From Mariniblastus sp. (GTDB taxonomy: Bacteria > Planctomycetota > Planctomycetia > Pirellulales > Pirellulaceae), in the NCBI GenBank assembly GCA_031400405.1, contig JANNPW010000050.1, positions 20,646-84,645 of the forward strand: DNA of 64,000 nt, read 5' to 3'. This document shows, in pieces, positions 19,966-29,266 of this stretch (the stretch's first letter is position 1; each line of letters starts with the position of its first letter). The position numbers were made by a program, and so were the translations under genes. The notes under the pieces are model-generated. The model was not told the DNA's origin and searched no databases. It worked only from the letters and a program-made list of their open reading frames with translations.

Positions 19966-20942
19966 GCGCAATTGGATTTGGCTCCGACATTTTTTCCCTG
20001 CCGCCGCTGCGGTCACCGCGACTGACAGTGATGCGATGGACTTGAATCGAGCACTTCGCTGGTGCATCAAGTAAATCGAATTCAGATGTTAAAGGGTGCG
20101 GAGATACCAAATTTCGCCGTTCGGGGAAAAAAAATCAAAAAAAATTCAAAATATTTTTTTCTGACCCAATGGCTCCCCACGTGTTCGCAATCTGTGCCTC
20201 AGAAAATTGTCTAACGAAGTTTCGATCGAAGTCGTTTGTATTTCAATGGTACAGTTTTTTATTGTTCCACCATGGTTTTGTTTCGCAAACGAGTGTTTGG
20301 TTGCTGTTGGTAGGGCAATGCTCCGGTTGTGGGGCGGCGCTGGAAATCTGGCAGGCAATTCAAATTGCTGCGATAAAAAAACAATTCAAAATTCGCAAAA
20401 ACTTTATTTTTGTTTTTGACTTCGAGGTCGTTGGGCAGTTCGCGACTGTCGTGAATTGAAATAAAAATTGGTTTAAGAATCGGCTTTCCATGTCATCTCA
20501 ATTCTTTCAGCGACGATCAATCGTGGCTGATATTGTCGATAATGTATTTACAACTTGTTACAGTTGAAAACATTTGGAAAAGTGTTGAGGCTGACGAGCG
20601 GCAGGTGTTTGTGGACGAAAAAAGTTGTGCGAATTCAATTGCGCGATTCAGCGATCGGGAAAAAAATTCAGAAAAATGAAAAAACGACATTGAAAAATCC
20701 AATTTGTTTTTTAAAACTATGTCAATCGTGTTCTGCAAAACAAAACAACGAGGCAACAGTAGTCGAAGAACTTTGGTTTTTCATTCCACTGGTTTAATCG
20801 CTGATTAGTTAATTCACCATCGATGGTTGAATGCAGAACGACAGCCAAACCAAATTTGGTTTTTCAAATGGTGGGTTGGACTTTATTTTGGCAATGACGC
20901 CAAGAGTTCAATTTGCCTAGGTCTATTAACGGAGGACGTCCT

Positions 20943-21071
20943 GTGGCCAAAAAGAAAGCAGCGAAAAAAGTAGCTAAGAAAGCTCCAGCTAAAAAAGCTA
21001 CCAAGAAAAAAGCAGCTAAAAAAGTTGCTAAAAAAGCTGTTGCCAAAAAAGCAACTAAAAAGAAAAAATAG
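20943..21071 (+). CDS. 42-aa Lys/Ala-rich histone H1-like (Hc1/AlgP-like) microprotein, absent from ORF track
   Basis: GGAGG RBS at 20931-20935, GTG start, MAKKKAAKKVAKKAPAKKATKKKAAKKVAKKAVAKKATKKKK*, 22 Lys and 13 Ala, terminator-like hairpin downstream. Confidence 0.85.
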   Translation: MAKKKAAKKVAKKAPAKKATKKKAAKKVAKKAVAKKATKKKK

Positions 21072-21104
21072 TTAGTCGCTCGAGACTGACTGACACAACG
21101 AGAA

Positions 21105-21138
21105 AGGGCCGCTAATCATTTCAGCGGCCCTAAGTTTT
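21105..21138 (+). terminator. Probable terminator between the K-rich gene and convergent mrp
   Basis: agggccgct (21105-21113) / agcggccct (21123-21131) stem followed by aagtttt. Confidence 0.6.
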
Positions 21139-21193
21139 GCGCGGCCTGAAGATTGGCCGTTTTTCCCGCTGCAGCCTGATTTCGTGGAAAAAC

Positions 21194-22267
21194 CTAGCCC
21201 AACACGGGTAGTTTTGCGACCGGTGGTTGCGCAGCGGCTTGCGCCGCCAAATTTAGGCACAACTGGTTAGCCACCGCTTCGAGATAGGGTCCCACCGCCG
21301 GATCATCAAAATTAGCCGCCATCGAACCGGCATCGCCCCGCTCCCGCAGACTGATATTGATCGGAATCTCACCAAGAAACGGAATCTTGTCTTGCAGTGC
21401 ATATTCCCGCGCTCCACCTTTGCCGAAAATATCGTATCGTCGACCATTGTCCGGGCAGATGAAACTGCTCATGTTTTCAATCAAGCCGATCACCGGAATC
21501 TTGACTTTGCGAAACATCCCCACCGCTTTGATGGCGTCGATCAACGCGACTTCCTGAGGAGTGCAAACAATGATTGCCCCAGTCAACGGTAATAGCTGCG
21601 ACAAACTCAGCGCGATATCTCCAGTTCCCGGAGGCATGTCGATGATTAGATAATCGAGATCGCCCCAAGCCGTATCGCGAACAAAAGTCGTAACGGCCGA
21701 ATGCAGCATGGGACCACGCCAAATAACGGCTTCGCCGGGAGGCACCATGAACCCGATGCTCATTAGCGGAATGCCATCGTAGTCCAGTGGCTGAATTTTA
21801 TTTTCGATTTTCGTGACTTGCCCCCGGATGCCGGTCAGGTGTGGAATGCTGGGTCCATAAACATCCGCATCCAACAAACCGACTCGACAGCCGCCTCGTT
21901 TGAGCGCCAGAGCCAAACTCACAGCAGCCGTACTCTTTCCAACACCCCCTTTGCCGGCGGCGATGGCGATCACTGCTTTGGCCGTCAAGCCAACTTGTCC
22001 CACGGGTTGAGCTGGCCGGCTATGCGGCACAATGTCCACTTTGATTTTCGAATTGGGAAACTGGTTTCGCAAGGCACTCTCGAGTTGCCGTTGAAAATCG
22101 GATTTCAATGGCCAAGCAAACGAAGTCAAACCAATTTCCACCGCGATGGAATCCGTTTCCACACGGATGCCGTGAATTTGTTTCGCCAAGCCGCGACCCG
22201 TTTCGGGGTCTTTGATCGTCGACAATAATTGGCGTACTGCGTTCGCTAATTCGCTGGATTCAGTCAT
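21194..22267 (-). CDS. mrp: Mrp/NBP35 (ApbC) Fe-S cluster carrier ATPase with N-terminal DUF59-like domain
   Basis: IKDPETGR N-domain; AGKGGVGKST deviant Walker A; DADVYGPSIP; VIWRGPM; DMPPGTGD; ENMSSFICP. Confidence 0.93.
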   Translation of the reverse strand: MTESSELANAVRQLLSTIKDPETGRGLAKQIHGIRVETDSIAVEIGLTSFAWPLKSDFQRQLESALRNQFPNSKIKVDIVPHSRPAQPVGQVGLTAKAVIAIAAGKGGVGKSTAAVSLALALKRGGCRVGLLDADVYGPSIPHLTGIRGQVTKIENKIQPLDYDGIPLMSIGFMVPPGEAVIWRGPMLHSAVTTFVRDTAWGDLDYLIIDMPPGTGDIALSLSQLLPLTGAIIVCTPQEVALIDAIKAVGMFRKVKIPVIGLIENMSSFICPDNGRRYDIFGKGGAREYALQDKIPFLGEIPINISLRERGDAGSMAANFDDPAVGPYLEAVANQLCLNLAAQAAAQPPVAKLPVLG

Positions 22268-22300
22268 AGGATAAACACTCAGTGGTTTAAATTTGTTTGG

Positions 22301-22747
22301 TCAGTTTCTAACAGGCTTCCAGGGAAAACGGTTTTCGACCCACTGTTCGATGGTCGGAGTTTGGGTCGTTTGCAGCTGGCAATGGCGACCAACTAATTCG
22401 ATCGTTCGACGGATGTCAGCGGTAGCGCTACAACAATTGATAACTCCGCAAACTCGAAACAACGGCGTCCAATCCAGTATGTCATCCGAAGTGACAACAA
22501 AAAAAGCCGTGTTCGGAGTCATGGAAGCCAGGCCCCAGATCTTTTCACAGTCACTTGCGCACGTCGGCTGGGTCAATTCGAGAATGGTCGCTGCGGGAGG
22601 GTTCGCAGTAACTTCTTTCATCCAATCATCCATGTCCAGTGCCCAAGCTAATTTAGTTTCCGGGAGGCGTGTTTGAATTTCCCACCGCAACGCGGCTTGC
22701 CAACGGTTGGATCGCGTCAGGACCAGCACTTGGGATCTGGTTTGCAT
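22301..22747 (-). CDS. Hypothetical protein, possible degenerate receiver (REC-like) domain
   Basis: 148 aa alpha/beta pattern (VLVL…AATILEL…AFFVVT…GVINC); ATG immediately follows the upstream TAG. Confidence 0.5.
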   Translation of the reverse strand: MQTRSQVLVLTRSNRWQAALRWEIQTRLPETKLAWALDMDDWMKEVTANPPAATILELTQPTCASDCEKIWGLASMTPNTAFFVVTSDDILDWTPLFRVCGVINCCSATADIRRTIELVGRHCQLQTTQTPTIEQWVENRFPWKPVRN

Positions 22748-24247
22748 CTATTCGATCTCCTCAAACGCGTCCGGAGAAAGCAACTCCGTTTCCGTCGATT
22801 CCGCATCGGACAAAGGCAACTGGTCCAATTCGGGTCCGGCACCGAGTTGAAAAAATTGCAACCGGCGCAGCAGTTTTGCCCGGCTCAGACTCAGCAGTTT
22901 GGCGGCTTTGGTTTTGTTGCCTTTGGCTTGATCAACGGCGCGCAGCAATAATTCCCGCTCGATCGACTCCAGGTAGGTCTCCAGTTCGATGACCATTTCG
23001 ATGGGGCGGCCAATTTGTTGAGCCCGCCATTGGTCGCGAAATGTTTTCGGTAGATCATGGGGCGAGAGCAGACTGGATTGGGCTTGAGCCGCGGCCTCTC
23101 GAATGACGGTTGTCAGTTCGTCCAAATTTCCTGGCCAGCGAAATTCAACCAGCATTTGTAGCGCCGATTTGTCGAAGCCAGCGAATTGACGCGCACGTTG
23201 CGGATTGCGTTTTTCGAGTATTGCTTGGGCTAACAAGGGAATATCCTCGGCTCGCTCCGCCAGTGGTAATAGCTCGATCGACAAGGTTCCCAACGCCAAC
23301 GCCAATTCGGATTCAAATTTGCCCGCGCGCGCCAAATCTTTAAGATCAACGGACGCGGTGGCGATTATTCGCACCGTGAATTTTGGCAACCGCAAAAACC
23401 CCCACAACTCCGCTTGCGCTGCCGCAGGGAGCCGGTCAACATCCAACAACAAGAGTGTATCGCGTGGCCGGTCTCGGTCTGGTTGCGACGATCGGGACCG
23501 CTGTTGTTTTTTCAGCAGCTCCTGAACAACGGATTGCAACAGTTCCTGATCCGCCAGCGGACATTGAACTGGAACGAGATCGCTTTGAAGCGTGTCCTCC
23601 CCGGCCGCATGAATCGTGCGCGCCAAAAACTCTTTGCCCGAACCGGGCGGACCGAGGATTAAAACATCCGCTGGATTGCCCGTTGCCAACCGCGTTTGCC
23701 GTCGCACGCGATGGGCAAAGGAACTGGTTCCTACCAAATTATCCAACTTGTAGCACAGCTGTGCACGTTGGCGAATTTCTGACAATGCGGTATGCAATTC
23801 ATTGGCGACCAGCGTGAGCCGATCAATGGACGGCGGCTCGGCGAGATCGTGGCACGAGGCCATCACCAGCACGGCTCTACTATTACTTTCCTCTGCCGCA
23901 ATTTGGATCGCTCGAGCTTTACGCCAGCGCGGTTGGACTTCTCCGGCGGTTAACTTCCCGGTCGTGACAAAAAAATCCTGGCCCACCGCAGCTTCCGAAA
24001 ACGGTTCAGCAATTAATTCCAGCGGCGGACAAATGCCATTCAGTTGGGATTCGGTGTCGCTGGGACTCGGTCCGGAACCGTAGGCCAGTTTCGCACCCAG
24101 TAATTCAGTCGGATCGATGCCGAGCCAGTTGGCCAACGCCGGATTGGCATATTGAATCGTCAGATCTTGGCCGACCAGATAAATCAGCTGACTGGTCCGT
24201 TCGAAAGACTTGCTGAGTGCCGTCTGGTTGGTGCGATGTTTGGCCAT
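22748..24247 (-). CDS. PAS + degenerate sigma54-activator AAA+ + Fis HTH protein
   Basis: N-term PAS-like IYLVGQDLTIQYANPA; GPPGSGKEFLARTIH Walker A; WPGNLDEL; AKGNKTKAAKLLSLSRAKLLRRL HTH; no GAFTGA and Walker B reads LLLDVD. Confidence 0.8.
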   Translation of the reverse strand: MAKHRTNQTALSKSFERTSQLIYLVGQDLTIQYANPALANWLGIDPTELLGAKLAYGSGPSPSDTESQLNGICPPLELIAEPFSEAAVGQDFFVTTGKLTAGEVQPRWRKARAIQIAAEESNSRAVLVMASCHDLAEPPSIDRLTLVANELHTALSEIRQRAQLCYKLDNLVGTSSFAHRVRRQTRLATGNPADVLILGPPGSGKEFLARTIHAAGEDTLQSDLVPVQCPLADQELLQSVVQELLKKQQRSRSSQPDRDRPRDTLLLLDVDRLPAAAQAELWGFLRLPKFTVRIIATASVDLKDLARAGKFESELALALGTLSIELLPLAERAEDIPLLAQAILEKRNPQRARQFAGFDKSALQMLVEFRWPGNLDELTTVIREAAAQAQSSLLSPHDLPKTFRDQWRAQQIGRPIEMVIELETYLESIERELLLRAVDQAKGNKTKAAKLLSLSRAKLLRRLQFFQLGAGPELDQLPLSDAESTETELLSPDAFEEIE

Positions 24248-24413
24248 GGATTGGCTGTACAGAAAGACAGGGAATTCGAATCACTCATTCAATTTAGTTG
24301 AAATCGGGTATAAGTTCAGCCCGCCGTTGAATTTGAGTCGTTTCGGATCGGCTTCGCAAATTTCCTGAGTTTGGTATATTTGCCGTAACTGTAACGGATT
24401 GGAACTGAAATTT

Positions 24414-25436
24414 ATGGCCCGTGAAAAAATTCTGACCAACTCGCCGCCTCCCGAAGACGACGATCCCAGCCTCCGCCCGACTCGTCTTCGCGAGATGGTC
24501 GGCCAGCGTGACGTGATTGCGCGTTTACAGGTTGCTATCGATGCGGCCAAGCAACGAGACGAAGTCCTCGGACACATTCTGTTTGATGGACCACCGGGAC
24601 TGGGCAAGACAACTTTTGCCCACTGTATCCCGTTCGAAATGGGTGTGCCAGTTGATTTTCTGTCGGGGCCCAGTTTGCGCGCTCCGAAAGATCTTGTCGC
24701 CAGTCTGACCAACATGCGACCCAAGCAAGTGTTGTTCATAGATGAAATTCATCGCGTTCCCCCAGCCGTCGAGGAGTACATGTACACGGCCATGGAGGAC
24801 TTTCGGATCGATTTGATTTTAGGTGAAGGGATTAACGCCCGAACGCACAATTTCAAACTGAAACCGTTTACCTTGATCGGTGCGACGACGCGCGCGGGAA
24901 TGTTGACGGGTCCGCTGCGCGATCGATTTCAGATTCGCGAGCATCTGGATTTTTATCAATTGCCGGAATTGACTGAGATTGTGATTCGCAATGCCAAAAA
25001 ATTGCAGATCGCGATTCATGACGATGCCGCAATCGAGATTGCGCTGCGCAGTCGCAGTACACCTCGAATTGCAAACAACCGTTTGCGCTGGGTTCGGGAT
25101 TATGCGCAAAGCCGCGCCGCGGGCGAGATCACTTTGAAGGTAGCGCAGGACGCCCTGTTGATGGCTGAAATTGATGGGTTGGGATTGGACCGTCAGGATC
25201 GTCGATACTTGGATACACTGATTAGAGTTTGCCTGGGCGGGCCGACCGGCATCGGTACGATCGCAGCGACGATGAACACGGTTACCGATACGCTGGAAGA
25301 TGAGGTCGAACCGTTTTTGTTGCGAAGCGAATTGATTTTGCGCACCCCTCGAGGACGAGTGGCGACCCCGAAAGCGTTTGCCCATTTGCAATTGCAGCCA
25401 CCGCAGAGTGGCTATCAACAAGGCTTGTTCGATTGA
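24414..25436 (+). CDS. ruvB: Holliday junction branch migration helicase RuvB
   Basis: SLRPTRLREMVGQ, GPPGLGKTT, LFIDEIHR, GATTRAGMLTGPLRDRF, EPFLL…RTPRGRVAT; start placed at MAREK. Confidence 0.96.
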   Translation: MAREKILTNSPPPEDDDPSLRPTRLREMVGQRDVIARLQVAIDAAKQRDEVLGHILFDGPPGLGKTTFAHCIPFEMGVPVDFLSGPSLRAPKDLVASLTNMRPKQVLFIDEIHRVPPAVEEYMYTAMEDFRIDLILGEGINARTHNFKLKPFTLIGATTRAGMLTGPLRDRFQIREHLDFYQLPELTEIVIRNAKKLQIAIHDDAAIEIALRSRSTPRIANNRLRWVRDYAQSRAAGEITLKVAQDALLMAEIDGLGLDRQDRRYLDTLIRVCLGGPTGIGTIAATMNTVTDTLEDEVEPFLLRSELILRTPRGRVATPKAFAHLQLQPPQSGYQQGLFD

Positions 25437-25542
25437 CACTTCACAACAAGCTGCATAGTTTGGATTGCCCAGCTATGGCGATCGCGAGTGAAATCGTGGT
25501 TGGACTGGTTAGCTTATTAACATTTAGACCAAAGGAAGAACG

Positions 25543-26454
25543 TTGACAAAAATAGCTTTTCTCTTTCCTGGCCAAGGGGCCCAAGCCGTTGGCATGGGTC
25601 GATCGCTGTGCGCTGAATTGCCCGCCGCGCGAGAGTTGTTCCAACATGCTGGCGAAATCCTGGGGTATGATTTGTCTGAGATTTGTTTCCAGGGGCCGTC
25701 GGAAAAACTGGATTCGACCGTCATCAGCCAACCGGCGCTATTCGTCATGAGTATGGCTGCGTTGGAAAAACTGAAATCCGAACAACCCGCCGTGTATGCC
25801 AACTGCTCGGTGGCAGCCGGCCTTAGTCTCGGCGAATATACCGCCATTACTTTCGCGGGTGGATTGTCTTTCGAAGACGGTTTACGACTGGTTCAACTCC
25901 GAGGCCAGGCCATGCAGGAAGCCGCCGACGAAACGCCCAGTGGGATGGTCAGCGTGCTCGGCCTGGACCGTGAGCAAACCGCCGCGATTTGTGACGAAGC
26001 CAGGTTACCGGGTGAAGTTTTGCAAATCGCGAATCTGCTGTGCAATGGCAATATTGTGGTCTCAGGCCACCGAGCCTCCTGCGAAAGAATCGAATTGGTT
26101 GCTCAAGCTGCGGGAGCGATGAAGACCATTCCACTGGCCGTCGCCGGGGCCTTTCACACACCGATCATGGCATCTGCGGTTGCGAAACTTGAGGCCGCCC
26201 TGCATGAAATCAAACTTGAGCCTACGCGTATTCCGGTGTACTCCAATGTTGACGCGCGACCTCATCAGTCTCCTGACGAAATTCGTGAACTGTTGGTCAA
26301 GCAAGTTTGTGGTCCCGTGTTGTGGCAACAATCGATCGAGCAGATGTTGAACGATGAGATCGCCGAATTTTATGAAATCGGATCCGGTCGAGTCTTGCGC
26401 GGAACACTGAAACGAATCAACCGGAAAGCCGTTTGCCATGGCGTGCCGGAGTAA
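25543..26454 (+). CDS. fabD: Malonyl-CoA-ACP transacylase
   Basis: FLFPGQGAQ, TVISQPAL, AGLSLGEY (catalytic Ser), LAVAGAFHT, EIGSGRVL. Confidence 0.95.
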   Translation: MTKIAFLFPGQGAQAVGMGRSLCAELPAARELFQHAGEILGYDLSEICFQGPSEKLDSTVISQPALFVMSMAALEKLKSEQPAVYANCSVAAGLSLGEYTAITFAGGLSFEDGLRLVQLRGQAMQEAADETPSGMVSVLGLDREQTAAICDEARLPGEVLQIANLLCNGNIVVSGHRASCERIELVAQAAGAMKTIPLAVAGAFHTPIMASAVAKLEAALHEIKLEPTRIPVYSNVDARPHQSPDEIRELLVKQVCGPVLWQQSIEQMLNDEIAEFYEIGSGRVLRGTLKRINRKAVCHGVPE

Positions 26455-26511
26455 CGAAACGAGCAAAATGCCCTCTCTCATTAATCACACATCAAAAATT
26501 GGAATCAAGCT

Positions 26512-27273
26512 ATGAGTCTGGACTCCTTAAAAGTCGATCTAACTGGCCAAACGGCAATTGTCACGGGAGCGTCGCAGGGTTTGGGACGCGCCATGGCGAT
26601 CGCGCTGGCGGCAAGTGGAGCCCGTGTGGCTTGCGTGGCCCGTAATGCTGATAAACTCGCTGACACCGTCGCACAAATAATTGCCGCCGGCGGACAGGCG
26701 GAAGCCATGTCCGCTGACGTGAACGATCGGGCCAGTATCGAAAACGTCGTCAACCGGGTCGCCGATGAATGGGGCAAACTCGATATTCTCGTCAATAACG
26801 CTGGTATCACGCGCGATAATCTGTTACCGGCCATGTCCGATGAACAATGGGATGACGTAATCACAACGAACCTCCGGGGAACGTTTTTGTTTACGCGGGC
26901 CGCGTCCCAACGCATGATGCGGGCCAGATACGGCCGAATTATCAATATTTCAAGTGTTTCGGGGCTTATCGGCAACGCCGGACAAACAAACTACTCAGCC
27001 TCAAAAGCAGGCGTGATTGGGATGACTCGCAGCTTGGCGAAAGAACTCGGAAAACGCAAAGTCACGGTAAATGCGGTGGCTCCCGGTTTTATCGAGTCGG
27101 AAATGACCGAAAAACTTGGGGAAAGCCTGTTGGCAGAAGTCACCAAACGAATTCCGGCCAATCGAATCGGCCATCCCGATGACGTAGCGGCTTGCGTGTT
27201 GTTTTTGGCCAGTCCGGCGGCCGGATACATTACCGGGCAGGTTTTGACCGTGGATGGCGGAATGACCGCCTAA
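26512..27273 (+). CDS. fabG: 3-oxoacyl-ACP reductase
   Basis: [23 protein letters not shown] (YxxxK), [23 protein letters not shown]; located in fab cluster. Confidence 0.94.
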   Translation: MSLDSLKVDLTGQTAIVTGASQGLGRAMAIALAASGARVACVARNADKLADTVAQIIAAGGQAEAMSADVNDRASIENVVNRVADEWGKLDILVNNAGITRDNLLPAMSDEQWDDVITTNLRGTFLFTRAASQRMMRARYGRIINISSVSGLIGNAGQTNYSASKAGVIGMTRSLAKELGKRKVTVNAVAPGFIESEMTEKLGESLLAEVTKRIPANRIGHPDDVAACVLFLASPAAGYITGQVLTVDGGMTA

Positions 27274-27328
27274 GTTGCCAAAAATGTCCCATTCAAATTA
27301 AAATATGCATGATTTTTGCCACAATCCC

Positions 27329-27358
27329 TTGACCCTATTTGTGTCAATCCTCTATCTT
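27329..27358 (+). promoter_or_regulatory. Candidate sigma70 promoter for acpP-fabF
   Basis: TTGACC (27329-27334), 18 nt, TATCTT (27353-27358) in the AT-rich fabG-acpP gap. Confidence 0.4.
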
Positions 27359-27467
27359 TAAGAACTTGTTCGCAACGCCAATGGCTGCCGGAGGATATCT
27401 GGGGTCAGGACTTGTGGAGTTTGTCAGTTAATAGTTTTCCTCAGAATTTTTAAAAGGAGGCCGATAC

Positions 27468-27713
27468 ATGGCGTCGGTCGAAGAGAGAGTCGTCGACATT
27501 GTTGCTGAGCAACTTGGCGTCGACAAAGACAAAATCAAATTGGATTCCAATTTCGTTAACGATTTGGGAGCCGATTCATTGGATACCGTCGAACTGGTAA
27601 TGGAATTGGAAGAAGAATTTGACATCAACATCCCCGATGATGCTGCTGAAAAAATTCAAACAGTTGGCGAGGCGATTCGTCACATCAACAATTCCACTGC
27701 AGCATCCAACTAA
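27468..27713 (+). CDS. acpP: Acyl carrier protein
   Basis: [39 protein letters not shown]; AAGGAGG RBS. Confidence 0.97.
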   Translation: MASVEERVVDIVAEQLGVDKDKIKLDSNFVNDLGADSLDTVELVMELEEEFDINIPDDAAEKIQTVGEAIRHINNSTAASN

Positions 27714-27897
27714 TTAACCGAATTGAATTGCGGCCTGACGGCCCAGGTTCATGACTAAACCAGCAAATCCCGTGCCTGAAATTTCATGACTGGGTTGTTG
27801 GCAATCAAGAAAACCGAATGATCCGCACTGGCGACGATCCGTTTCCGTGCGGTTTTTTTGTCGCCCAGATTCTCCATCAAATTTGTTCAGATAACCC

Positions 27898-29160
27898 ATG
27901 AAACGACGAGTTGTCATTACCGGTTGGGGGTTGGTCACACCACTTAGTTGTGATGTCGACGATTGTTGGTCGCGAATCCTCAAGGGCGAGAGCGGGATCC
28001 ACGCGATCAAGTTATTCGAGACGCAGGATATCAAAGTTCGGTTTGGCGGCGATGTCTATGACTGGGATGCCACCGATGCCATTGGTCAAAAAGAAGCGAA
28101 CAAGGTCGATCGCTATTCTCAATTTGCGATGGTTGCGGCGGATGCGGCTTTGAAATTCGCGAACTTCCGCACCGCGTTCGATCAGGCTGGGCAATCGTTG
28201 GATCGGGGGCATCGGTTTGGAGTTGTGTTGGGTTCGGGAATCGGCGGGATGACTACGTTTTCAGAACAGATGGAACGCTTGGTCCTGAAGGGGCCCAGTC
28301 GCGTCTCTCCGATGACGATTCCTAAACTGATGTTGAACGCCGGTGGCGGCAACATCGCGATTAAACACGGATTCCGGGGCCCGAACTACGGAGTTGCGAC
28401 CGCTTGCGCCAGCGCAACCAACGCCATGGGTAATGCGCTCGATCTGATTCGTGACAACATTTGCGATATGGTTGTCACCGGAGGCTCGGAAGCGGCGATG
28501 AGCCGGCTGGGTTTGTCGGCTTTTGCGAATATGAAAGCGTTGTCCAGTTTCGAAGGTGATCCCGTGAAGGCCAGTCGGCCGTTCGACGCCAGTCGAGATG
28601 GATTTGTGTTTGCCGAAGGGGCCGGCGTATTGCTGTTCGAAGAGCTGGAGCATGCTCGAGCCCGCGGCGCAACGGTATTGGCGGAAGTTGTCGGTTTCGG
28701 CACCACTTGCGATGCTGGTCATATTACGTCACCGGACGAAGATGGAACCGGTGCAGCGGCCGCCATGAAGGCCGCGCTGGTGAGCGCTCAGCTAGTCCCG
28801 GAGGATATCGACTATATCAACGCCCATGGCACCAGCACGCCGCTGGGTGACAAAGCCGAAACGCGGGCGATCAAAACGATTTTTGGCCAACATGCCCACC
28901 GCGTCAGTATCAGCAGCACCAAATCCCAACTGGGCCATTCGTTGGGAGCCAGCGGCGGAATTGAATTGGTATTTTCAATCAAGGCAATTCTCGAGAGCAT
29001 CGTGCCACCGACCATCAATTTGGAAAACCCCGATCCGGATTGTGATCTCGATTTCACGCCAAATGTGCCCAAGCAACGGGACATCCAATACGCAATGAGT
29101 AACAGTTTCGGTTTCGGAGGCCACAACGCTTCGATCATTGTGAAGAGATTTACCGCTTAG
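27898..29160 (+). CDS. fabF: Beta-ketoacyl-ACP synthase II
   Basis: RRVVITG, ATACASA (catalytic Cys), YINAHGTST, STKSQLGHSLGA, SNSFGFGGHN. Confidence 0.96.
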   Translation: MKRRVVITGWGLVTPLSCDVDDCWSRILKGESGIHAIKLFETQDIKVRFGGDVYDWDATDAIGQKEANKVDRYSQFAMVAADAALKFANFRTAFDQAGQSLDRGHRFGVVLGSGIGGMTTFSEQMERLVLKGPSRVSPMTIPKLMLNAGGGNIAIKHGFRGPNYGVATACASATNAMGNALDLIRDNICDMVVTGGSEAAMSRLGLSAFANMKALSSFEGDPVKASRPFDASRDGFVFAEGAGVLLFEELEHARARGATVLAEVVGFGTTCDAGHITSPDEDGTGAAAAMKAALVSAQLVPEDIDYINAHGTSTPLGDKAETRAIKTIFGQHAHRVSISSTKSQLGHSLGASGGIELVFSIKAILESIVPPTINLENPDPDCDLDFTPNVPKQRDIQYAMSNSFGFGGHNASIIVKRFTA

Positions 29161-29188
29161 TGCTTTGTGACTGTATGGATTTCGGATT

Positions 29189-29249
29189 AGCCGGAACGCG
29201 CTAGCGTCCGGTTACTTTGGAAAAACCGGAGGGCTCGCGCCCAACGGCT
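29189..29249. repeat. REP-like imperfect palindrome between convergent genes
   Basis: agccggaacgcgctagcgtccggtt … aaccggagggctcgcgcccaacggct; ends agccg/cggct and core ccggtt/aaccgg pair. Confidence 0.5.
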
Positions 29250-29266
29250 GATTTCGTCAACTTCCG

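Noticed and set aside
19966-20942. Possible replication origin
   Set aside because: No TTATCCACA-type DnaA-box cluster seen and no dnaA/dnaN/gidA nearby; kept only as an AT-rich regulatory region.
20864-21046. ORF-track 60-aa minus-strand ORF (MATAFLATFLAAFF…)
   Set aside because: Antisense shadow of the Lys/Ala gene; the RBS, terminator and synonymous-change pattern all support the plus strand.
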